In this document: positions 56,634-64,000 of the stretch, in pieces
Position numbering within the stretch: the first letter of the stretch is position 1
Layout of the letters: the number at the start of each line of letters is the position of its first letter
From: Candidatus Kaiserbacteria bacterium CG10_big_fil_rev_8_21_14_0_10_47_16
GTDB taxonomy: Bacteria; Patescibacteriota; Minisyncoccia; Phycocordibacterales; UBA918
Reading direction: 5' to 3'
Length of the DNA stretch: 64,000 bases
Assembly (NCBI GenBank): GCA_002773395.1
Contig: PFBI01000004.1
Coordinates: 12,615-76,614, forward strand
Made by a program: the position numbers and the translations under genes
Notes under the pieces: generated by a model
The model's input: only the letters and a program-made list of their open reading frames with translations
Databases searched by the model: none
What the model was told of the DNA's origin: nothing

Positions 56634-57944
56634 CTAGATCTTTGGAAGATAATCCAAGGGGTTGAGGTAAGCATTAAGCGCGGAGACTGGTGTCGTTGCC
56701 GCACCACAGCTCGTCACGCTCTTAAAATCGCTGAATTTGAGGACTTTAACCGCATCTGAGACAAGTACCGTAAAGTGGAGGTGAGGACCCGTACTGTACC
56801 CCGTATTGCCACTGTAGCCAATGACGTCACCAGTGTTCACGCGTTGTCCTGGAGATACTGAGATAGTACTCTGGTGGGCGTAGAGCGTTGAGAGGCCGTT
56901 TGCATGGTCAATGAGTGTCCATTTTCCATAGGAGTAGCATCCTGCTACAGAGTCGGTATTCCCCGTTGCGCGCACCGTACCTGAAAGTGGCGCGTATATC
57001 TTTGTTCCAACAGGAACCCCAAAGTCCATACCGTTGTGACCATTACCACTGTAGGCGCCACTTTTTGCAAACGCGGTATTGCCGAAGTATTGGGTGATAA
57101 TGATGTTGGTTAACGGCCAATTGAAGACAGCCGCACCTGCTTTTGGAATTGAACTCGGGTCGAGTATGTAACTGAGCTGCGATTCATAGTCACGAAGTTG
57201 TGCTGCGATTTTTTCAGCTGCTGCTTTTTGTTCAGCGAGTTGTGCTTGGTACGCAGCTTCTTGGCCTTTTGTTTTTGCAAGAAGTGTGGCCTTTGACGCC
57301 TTCGTACTCTTTAAAATTTCATTTTGACTTGAGTACTGATCTTTAAGTTGCACCAGCTCCCCACGTTTTGTCGTGTTCTCACCGCGTTGCGACTCGAGTA
57401 GATTTTTTGAATCAGAAAGTTGGGCAATGTTGGCACTCATTGCGCTACGTACTTGCATGAGTGTTTCGATGCTGTCCCAAAAGTCAGAAAGCTTTTTATG
57501 TTGGAGGAGTGTGACCATGAGCGGATCCTGATCGCTTTCATTGAGTCGTCGCACCATTTCTGCGATGGCGGCCTCGTCTTTTTGAATGGTCGATTGTGTG
57601 TCACCAATCTCAATAGTTAGTTTTGAAATTTGGAGATCCGTAGCACCGATCTTATTTTGTGTGTATGAAATATTAGCTTCAATATTTTTCCGTTCAAGCT
57701 CAAGCTTATTGATTGCGCTTTGGAGAGTGCTTTTCTCAGCCCCCACTTCTTGCAGTTGGCCTTCAAGTTTTGAAATCTGTTTTTGAATTTCAGCGAGACG
57801 ACTATTGCTTTCAGAAATTTGTGCCTGGAGTCGTTCTGCTTCGCTTTGCGCAAAAACATCCGTACTCTGGAGTATGAAGTACGGAAGTACCACGAGGGCA
57901 AAACCAATAAAGAAAGCTTGTATCCAATTTCTATGCGCTATCAT
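56634..57944 (-). CDS. Coiled-coil M23 peptidase (EnvC/murein DD-endopeptidase-like)
   Basis: N-terminal transmembrane/signal segment, ~250 aa coiled coil, then C-terminal M23 (…GMDFGVPVGTKIYAP…HLHFTV). Confidence 0.8.
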   Translation of the reverse strand: MIAHRNWIQAFFIGFALVVLPYFILQSTDVFAQSEAERLQAQISESNSRLAEIQKQISKLEGQLQEVGAEKSTLQSAINKLELERKNIEANISYTQNKIGATDLQISKLTIEIGDTQSTIQKDEAAIAEMVRRLNESDQDPLMVTLLQHKKLSDFWDSIETLMQVRSAMSANIAQLSDSKNLLESQRGENTTKRGELVQLKDQYSSQNEILKSTKASKATLLAKTKGQEAAYQAQLAEQKAAAEKIAAQLRDYESQLSYILDPSSIPKAGAAVFNWPLTNIIITQYFGNTAFAKSGAYSGNGHNGMDFGVPVGTKIYAPLSGTVRATGNTDSVAGCYSYGKWTLIDHANGLSTLYAHQSTISVSPGQRVNTGDVIGYSGNTGYSTGPHLHFTVLVSDAVKVLKFSDFKSVTSCGAATTPVSALNAYLNPLDYLPKI

Positions 57945-59305
57945 GCACTCAAAATTGTATCACACGCGTGCTGGACACGTTTGTATGACTCTGCAGTACC
58001 AATAATGTGAATAACGGTAAACGGGTCTGGTGAGCGCTCTTTTCCGGTGAGCGCAACACGAAGTGGCCACAAGACTTCCCCTTTTCCCACTTGTTCTGCA
58101 AAGGCAAAGATTGGCGCTTTCAGTGTCTCAAAATCACCATCTTCGGGTAATGTAGAGAGGATTTCAGCCACTTTTCGAAGCCGCGGCAAGGCATCTTTTG
58201 CAGAGTCATCATTTTTCCACGCAAGCATCTCCGCGGTCACCGCAGGTGTTTCAAATGCAAAGTCATACTCGCCCGCTTCTGCGTTCTCTACAATTTCTGA
58301 ACCGTGCGTAATACGTTCATGAATAGTTGGGAGAAGCTTTTGCAAACGGTCTTCAGAAAATTGTGATTTCTCAGAAACGATGGGTAATAACCATGGAGCC
58401 GCATATTCATAAAATGCAGCAGCGTCGAAGCCGCGGAGGTGTTCCTTATTGAACCATTTTAATTTTTCGATATCGAAAATTGCGCCACCTTTTTGTACAC
58501 CACCGAGGTCAAATTCTGCAGTGAGTTCTTCGAGTGAAAAAAGTTCTTGATCGGTCCCTGGATTCCAACCAAGAAGCGAAAGGTAATTGCCGAGTGCACT
58601 CGGAAGGTATCCGGCATCTTGGTAATCTTTCAGTGCAACAGCACCGTGTCGTTTTGAAAGTTTTGAACGGTCGGGTGCAAGAAGAAGCGGAAGGTGCGCG
58701 TATACCGGACGCACTGCACCGATTGCTTCTTGGATAAGAATTTGCCGCGGAGTATTTGAAATATGATCTTCCCCACGAATGACGTGCGTGACACCCATCT
58801 CATGGTCATCAACAACAACAGTAAAGTGGTAGAGCGCGTCATCAATAGATCGTGCAATCACAAAGTCACCAAGTTCAGTGGTATCAAACGTTACTTCACC
58901 GCGTACCTCGTCTTCAAATGTAATACTCTTCCCCGCGTTCTTTAAACGGATGACTTCAATTTCTGTCCCTGGTTCACGCCTACTCTCTTCTTTTGACACG
59001 TATGCCTTCTCCTCTGCAATCAGTGTCTCAAGATATTTTTTATATATGTCACCTCGTTCAGACTGACGATAAAAATCATCCCATTTCAGTCCAAGCCATG
59101 TGAGACCTTCAATAATTTCTTCTTCAAAAGCCGATGTACTTCGTTCTTTGTCAGTGTCTTCAATACGCATGATAAACGTACCTCCGTACTTCTGAGCGAA
59201 GATGTAGTTATAGAGTGCAGTGCGAGCGGTACCAATATGTAAATTTCCCGTTGGGCTCGGTGCCATGCGGACAACTATTTTTTTGTTTTCGTTGAATAGA
59301 TTCAT
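57941..59305 (-). CDS. gltX: Glutamate--tRNA ligase
   Basis: …RMAPSPTGNLHIGTARTALYNY… (HIGH), …KLSKRHG… (KMSKS). Start at MNLFNE; the ORF is open to 59377, overlapping murG. Confidence 0.9.
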   Translation of the reverse strand: MNLFNENKKIVVRMAPSPTGNLHIGTARTALYNYIFAQKYGGTFIMRIEDTDKERSTSAFEEEIIEGLTWLGLKWDDFYRQSERGDIYKKYLETLIAEEKAYVSKEESRREPGTEIEVIRLKNAGKSITFEDEVRGEVTFDTTELGDFVIARSIDDALYHFTVVVDDHEMGVTHVIRGEDHISNTPRQILIQEAIGAVRPVYAHLPLLLAPDRSKLSKRHGAVALKDYQDAGYLPSALGNYLSLLGWNPGTDQELFSLEELTAEFDLGGVQKGGAIFDIEKLKWFNKEHLRGFDAAAFYEYAAPWLLPIVSEKSQFSEDRLQKLLPTIHERITHGSEIVENAEAGEYDFAFETPAVTAEMLAWKNDDSAKDALPRLRKVAEILSTLPEDGDFETLKAPIFAFAEQVGKGEVLWPLRVALTGKERSPDPFTVIHIIGTAESYKRVQHACDTILSA

Positions 59306-59318
59306 ACAGTGATACTGA

Positions 59319-60440
59319 TTAGCTTCCGTGTTCTGCGCCAATGTTTGCAAGAATATCTGCAATCTTCGCCGCAGCATCTGCTGGCGCGAATCCTCGTGCT
59401 GCAGTACTCATATCTGTGTAGAGGGTCTGGTCGCCCATAATACGTCCAATTTCAGCCGTGAGCAACCCAGCGTGCAAGTTGCCTTCCTCAAGGACCGATG
59501 CTGCCCCAGAGCTTGCGTATGCGTACGCATTTGATCGCTGATCGTGACTAATCTCTTCAGGAATCGGAATAATAATCGATGGCTTTCCGTGGAGTGCGAT
59601 TTCAAAGATAACGGTGCTTCCTGCACGTGAAATCACAATAGCAGCTGCATTGTACGCCGTGCCAAGTGTTTCAGGGGTTAGGAATGCAATTGGATGGTAG
59701 TGCTGAAGAAGATTTTGATCGGTGATTAGTGTCTCTGCAGTGGTGACCACACTTGCGTGGTTTTGTTTTCCTGTTTGATGCACGACAACATAGTGTGGAA
59801 GGAGTTCTGCGAGTGATTCAAGGACGAGTGTATTTATCCGCTCAGCACCTTGTGAACCGCCGATGACGAGTATGAGCGGAACACTTCCATCGACACCGAG
59901 TGCAGCGATATCTTCTGGCGAACTTGGCGCGAGGAGTTGTTTACGGATGGGGATACCAGTGAGCGCAGTTTTTCCTTCTGGGAAAAACTGCGCGGCTTCT
60001 GCATACGAAATCGCAATGTATCGCGCAAAACGCTTTGCAAGTTTGTTTGCGCGACCGACAACTGCATCTGATTCGTGAATCACGATTGGGATACGGAGAA
60101 ATGCAGCCGCAAGTACCACGGGCACACTCGTGTACCCCCCTTTACTCATGACCACATCGGGATACACAATAAAAAGCTTCACGATCGCAACGAATGTCCC
60201 CCACAGCGCAATGACGGGACCTACAAATTTCAAGAAAGAAATATACCGCGGCACCTTCCCTGCGGGACAATAGCGGTATCGAATGTTGAGCGCAGTGAGC
60301 GCGTCAGCGTCGTATTTCTCTGGTCCAAAATAGTAGAGTTCTGCGTCAGGAGTTTTCTCCCTCACTGCCTCAGCAATAGCCATAAGCGGATAGAAGTGTC
60401 CGCCCGTTCCCCCACCAACAAGTGCAATACGAGTACTCAT
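59319..60440 (-). CDS. murG: UDP-N-acetylglucosamine--N-acetylmuramyl-(pentapeptide) pyrophosphoryl-undecaprenol N-acetylglucosamine transferase
   Basis: MSTRIALVGGGTGGHFYPLMAIAE… (GT28). Confidence 0.9.
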   Translation of the reverse strand: MSTRIALVGGGTGGHFYPLMAIAEAVREKTPDAELYYFGPEKYDADALTALNIRYRYCPAGKVPRYISFLKFVGPVIALWGTFVAIVKLFIVYPDVVMSKGGYTSVPVVLAAAFLRIPIVIHESDAVVGRANKLAKRFARYIAISYAEAAQFFPEGKTALTGIPIRKQLLAPSSPEDIAALGVDGSVPLILVIGGSQGAERINTLVLESLAELLPHYVVVHQTGKQNHASVVTTAETLITDQNLLQHYHPIAFLTPETLGTAYNAAAIVISRAGSTVIFEIALHGKPSIIIPIPEEISHDQRSNAYAYASSGAASVLEEGNLHAGLLTAEIGRIMGDQTLYTDMSTAARGFAPADAAAKIADILANIGAEHGS

Positions 60441-60460
60441 ACGCTTTTAGTTTAGCATGT

Positions 60461-61570
60461 TCACTTCGCGCTTCGCTTCTGGTACTTGGATACATTGAGC
60501 ACAATTCCCACTGAGCCAAGTGTCACAAGGAGCGCTGTTCCCCCGTGACTGATGAATGGAAGCGGGAGTCCGCCGAGTGGCGCGAGTGCAAGCATGGCGG
60601 CAATATTTAAAAATGCCTGCACCACAATGAGCGTGATAAATCCGATCACCAACAGCGTACCGAATAAATCAGGCGCGTGCGTGGCAATGCGGTACCCGCG
60701 GAAAGCGAATCCGCAAAATAAAATTACCAGAAGGAATGTTCCCAAGAAACCAAACTCTTCTGCGTACACCGCGAAGATAGAGTCACCAATCGGTTCAGGA
60801 AGGTACTCAAACTTTTGGATACTTTGTCCAAATCCTCGTCCAAATCCCCCACCCGATCCAACAGCAATGAGTGATTGGTGTACCTGATAACTCGCACCGA
60901 GCGGGTCACTGTCAGGATTCACAAACGTCGTGATGCGGTCCATCACGTACGGACGTGAGAACGCAAGAGCGGCAATGAGCGCAATCCCCGCAAGCCCCAT
61001 GAGGAGTACGTCGCGGAAGCGACCGCCAGCAGTCAGAAACATCGCAACGCCTGCAGCCGCCATCACAAGGAATGTATCAGTGTCTGGCTGCAGAAGCATG
61101 ATGATTCCCACTGCACCAACAAAACCAATAAACGGAAGTGTTCCGAGTTTAAAGGTATGTGCGTGTCGGTACATGCCCGAGAGCCACGTTGCCATATAGA
61201 TGACAAATCCAATCTTTAAAAATTCAGCTGGTTGGAAGGTGAAGGATCCAAACTGAAGCCAACGTACCGCGCCGCCGTGCGCAAATCCAAACCCAGGAAT
61301 AAACACAAGAAGCGTGAGCGCGAGCGTGAAGAGGAAAATATAAAACGCATATTGTCGCCAGAAGCGATAGTGAATGCTACTCATAAGAAAAAGAGCGGCA
61401 CCCCCACCGAGGATACCGAAGAAGAATTGACTGAGCGCCACTGACGAAAAACTTGCACCACTTCGAGCGAGGAGCCCGAGTGAAGCAGAAGAAAAAATCA
61501 TAAACCCGCCCACCACAAGGAGCGCCACTGTTCCGAGGAGAATACGGTCGAGAGTATGTTTTGTTGCCAT
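60461..61570 (-). CDS. ftsW: FtsW/RodA/SpoVE family peptidoglycan glycosyltransferase (SEDS)
   Basis: ~10 transmembrane segments with SEDS-like conserved loops. Lies in a murG-mraY context. Confidence 0.85.
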   Translation of the reverse strand: MATKHTLDRILLGTVALLVVGGFMIFSSASLGLLARSGASFSSVALSQFFFGILGGGAALFLMSSIHYRFWRQYAFYIFLFTLALTLLVFIPGFGFAHGGAVRWLQFGSFTFQPAEFLKIGFVIYMATWLSGMYRHAHTFKLGTLPFIGFVGAVGIIMLLQPDTDTFLVMAAAGVAMFLTAGGRFRDVLLMGLAGIALIAALAFSRPYVMDRITTFVNPDSDPLGASYQVHQSLIAVGSGGGFGRGFGQSIQKFEYLPEPIGDSIFAVYAEEFGFLGTFLLVILFCGFAFRGYRIATHAPDLFGTLLVIGFITLIVVQAFLNIAAMLALAPLGGLPLPFISHGGTALLVTLGSVGIVLNVSKYQKRSAK

Positions 61571-61579
61571 GGCAGTTAC

Positions 61580-62638
61580 TTATGCAACCGCAGCGATCGC
61601 AAGACCGACAACAGCGCACATGAGACTGATAATCCAGTATCGCATTGTCACCTTGTATGACGGCCAACCAATTGCTTCAAAGTGGTGATGCAGTGGTGCG
61701 ATGCGGAAGAATTTCTTGCCGAAGAATCGCTTCGATGCAACTTGGAGAATGTTGGAAAGTACGGTTGCAATGAGTGGAAGGCCGATGATAAAGAAGAGTG
61801 AAATACCATTTCCATCGCCGAGCGTATCGGTCATAAAGATAATAACCGAGAGCGCAAGCGTGAGCGCCATGGTCCCTGTCTCTGTCATCCAGAAACGCGC
61901 GGGCGGAATATTGAACCAAAGAAACGCGAGTGTTGATCCTGCAATGGTCGCAGAGAGTGCCGCAAGGTCGTACTGTTGTTGAAAGAATGCAACGCCCGCG
62001 TACGCAGAAAAGATAGATGCAAAGATGCCTCCTGAGAGACCGTCGATTCCGTCAATAACACCGCTCGCGTAGATAGCGTTCGTCATCAAAATGAAAAAGA
62101 GAATAATGAATGGTCCGAGGAAGAGCGTTCCGTCAAACGGAATACTGATAGAGTCGACACCGAGCTTTGTATAAAACCACCATGCAATGAGTCCAGAAAG
62201 AATCGAGACAAAGAGAATACGTGTACGCAGACGAATCCCCTTCCCGCTCTGCGTTACGTCGTAGTAATCATTGATGAATCCAACGAGCGCACCGATGACG
62301 AGTGTGGCGAGTGGGATCCATGTCTGTGAGCGACTGAAGAATGCGAGTGAGCCTATGGTTGAGTCAGGGAAAAATACTTTCGCAAGAAAGAGAAGTGCGA
62401 CGGTGATAAGTACGCTTCCCCAAATGACGATTCCGCCCATGCGTGGTGTCTTTGTTTCTTTTTCTTTGTGGAGTTGATTAAAGACTGCAGCGACGGTCCC
62501 ATCAAGCGCTGCCTTCCCTCCTTCTTTCTTCCACACTTTATATTTATAGAGATAGTGTGCAACGAGGGGTGTAATCAAAATACCGCTCACGAATGCGATT
62601 GCAGTAGGAATAAATATTTTTATGATTGTTGCTTCCAT
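61580..62638 (-). CDS. mraY: Phospho-N-acetylmuramoyl-pentapeptide-transferase
   Basis: Polytopic protein. …NAIYASGVIDGIDGLSGG… and a C-terminal HHHFE motif. Confidence 0.9.
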   Translation of the reverse strand: MEATIIKIFIPTAIAFVSGILITPLVAHYLYKYKVWKKEGGKAALDGTVAAVFNQLHKEKETKTPRMGGIVIWGSVLITVALLFLAKVFFPDSTIGSLAFFSRSQTWIPLATLVIGALVGFINDYYDVTQSGKGIRLRTRILFVSILSGLIAWWFYTKLGVDSISIPFDGTLFLGPFIILFFILMTNAIYASGVIDGIDGLSGGIFASIFSAYAGVAFFQQQYDLAALSATIAGSTLAFLWFNIPPARFWMTETGTMALTLALSVIIFMTDTLGDGNGISLFFIIGLPLIATVLSNILQVASKRFFGKKFFRIAPLHHHFEAIGWPSYKVTMRYWIISLMCAVVGLAIAAVA

Positions 62639-62642
62639 AGAA

Positions 62643-63674
62643 TTATTGTTCGTTTTGAAGGACTGCCGTTACCGCCGCTGCCGCAAGCTGCTTCACATCA
62701 TTAAAACGACCGTTCACCGACGATCCAAGAATCGCAATGACAACGGGATGATCGAGCCCCGCATCAAACGCGACGACGAGGTTTCCTCCTGCGAGTTCGG
62801 TGTACCCCGTCTTCGATGCGATGAGTCCGGGAATATTGGTCACTGCCTTATTTGTGTTCTCAGCGATGTGCGTTGCGCCCGCGGTGTTGGCCACAAGGGT
62901 GTGCGCAACTTTTGTTTCTTCGAGTACTGATGGATAGGTACTGATGAGGTACGTCATGAGCGTCGCCATATCCTTTGCGGAACCGTCTGCGCCACTCGTT
63001 GTTGTAGAGAGGTCGAGGCCTGTTGGATTACGGAAGGTAGTACTCGTAAGGCCAATTTCGCGCGCGCGGATATTCATTGCATCCACAAAGGTGAGCGCTT
63101 TGTCCCCTGAAGCAAATACCGAGCCTCCTGCAGCAGCAGCGAGTGCATACGCACCGTCGTTGGATGAATTGATGAGGGTGAGATCGAGAAGGTTCTGTGT
63201 AGTGAATGCTTCGTCTTTGCTAAAGCCGCTGTCACCGTCTTGCAGAATAGCGTCCATACCAACGTATACCGAACCATTCATATCGAGTAGTTCATGCGCG
63301 ACGAGCGCGGTCATGAGCTTTGTCACTGATGCGAGCGGAACTGTTGCATCAGCATTTTTGCTAAACAATACTTTGTCATCACGAACATCGTACACATACA
63401 CCGACCGTGCTTCGAGATTGATGTCGTCGAATGTCACACGACCTTCGGTCGACGCAGGTTGTTGCATCGCGCTGTCAATATCAGATGCACTACGTGTACG
63501 GGCATCACGTGCTTTCTCGAGAATGTCAGGGATGTAGGTAACACCAAAGATGAGAACGAGAATAGAAAGTGCGACGGTGAGTTCTCGGAATGCAGGAAAA
63601 CGACGTTGAAATGAAAAACGTTTCGGGGTTTCTTCTGGTTGCTGTGGTTGTTCGGGAATGTGTTGCTCTTCCAT
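62643..63674 (-). CDS. Serine-type D-Ala-D-Ala carboxypeptidase (S11/PBP5-like)
   Basis: N-terminal transmembrane segment. SxxK motif in …PLASVTKLMTALVAHE…. Confidence 0.75.
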   Translation of the reverse strand: MEEQHIPEQPQQPEETPKRFSFQRRFPAFRELTVALSILVLIFGVTYIPDILEKARDARTRSASDIDSAMQQPASTEGRVTFDDINLEARSVYVYDVRDDKVLFSKNADATVPLASVTKLMTALVAHELLDMNGSVYVGMDAILQDGDSGFSKDEAFTTQNLLDLTLINSSNDGAYALAAAAGGSVFASGDKALTFVDAMNIRAREIGLTSTTFRNPTGLDLSTTTSGADGSAKDMATLMTYLISTYPSVLEETKVAHTLVANTAGATHIAENTNKAVTNIPGLIASKTGYTELAGGNLVVAFDAGLDHPVVIAILGSSVNGRFNDVKQLAAAAVTAVLQNEQ

Positions 63675-63677
63675 ACG

Positions 63678-64000
63678 CTAGGTTGTTGCGAATACGTTAT
63701 CAGACTCCCCTTCCTCCACCGACTGTTGCTCGGATTCAAAAGTATCTAATGTATTCATAATATCTTCAAACTCGGGTAATTGCTCGCGTCTTTCAACACC
63801 GAGGTGTGCAAAGAGTTCGGGAGTGATCGCGTAATGGAATGACCGCGAGTCGTTTGGATTTGCGCGACGCTCCACCAAACCTCGGATAAGGAGGTTGCGG
63901 AGAATGAAGGTTGAGTTGACCCCGCGAATACGATCTATCTCAACTCGAGACAGCGGGCCACGGTAGAGTACGATTGCAAGGGTTTCTGCCCCAGCCTTCC
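63678..64000 (-). CDS. scpB: Segregation and condensation protein B, C-terminal part; the gene continues beyond the window end
   Basis: …GPLSRVEIDRIRGVNSTFILRNLLIRGLVERR… (wHTH), then an acidic tail. Confidence 0.7.
   Translation of the reverse strand, partial: KAGAETLAIVLYRGPLSRVEIDRIRGVNSTFILRNLLIRGLVERRANPNDSRSFHYAITPELFAHLGVERREQLPEFEDIMNTLDTFESEQQSVEEGESDNVFATT

Overview
This 64 kb window is a gene-dense chromosomal segment from what looks like a reduced-genome, CPR/Patescibacteria-like bacterium. It uses the standard genetic code: the long rpoB, rpoC and dnaE reading frames are intact with TGA as a stop. Several conserved proteins are in unusually short forms (SMC 755 aa, PheT 638 aa, PheS 241 aa, EF-Ts 196 aa), and there are three type-IV prepilin-like genes, a sortase-like gene and FN3/repeat surface proteins.

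Core content, in order along the window:
- a pentose-phosphate/glycolysis cluster (gap, rpiB, rpe, split transketolase tktN and tktC) with pilin-like genes interleaved;
- a PfkB-family kinase and a 2-hydroxyacid dehydrogenase;
- translation and ribosome genes (rplY, rpmE, prfA, rpsB, tsf, tRNA-Thr, pheS, pheT, cysS, rpmF, rpsP, trmD, gltX);
- rpoB and rpoC;
- replication and segregation genes (dnaE, rnhB, rnc, smc, a partial scpB);
- RNase R;
- a partial division/cell-wall cluster (murG, ftsW, mraY, a D-Ala-D-Ala carboxypeptidase) and two coiled-coil peptidoglycan hydrolases;
- an OmpR-family two-component system flanked by hypothetical membrane and secreted proteins.

No CRISPR array, rRNA gene or obvious prophage was seen.

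The observations most worth a second look are:
- a small, AT-rich GIY-YIG nuclease ORF bracketed by a perfect 15-nt inverted repeat, sitting exactly between pheS and pheT;
- a NusB-NUDIX fusion protein;
- a NADAR plus 2H-phosphoesterase (LigT-like) gene pair embedded in the rpsP-KH-trmD operon;
- a perfect 20-nt inverted repeat enclosing a structured ~150-nt leader that abuts the rpmE start codon;
- a tRNA-Thr gene preceded by a 25-nt copy of its own 5' end plus perfect palindromes;
- a recurring TTCATGAA-type motif around the two-component system and the adjacent secreted triple-repeat protein.

All gene calls are from reading the ORF translations and the DNA by eye; no database searches were run.
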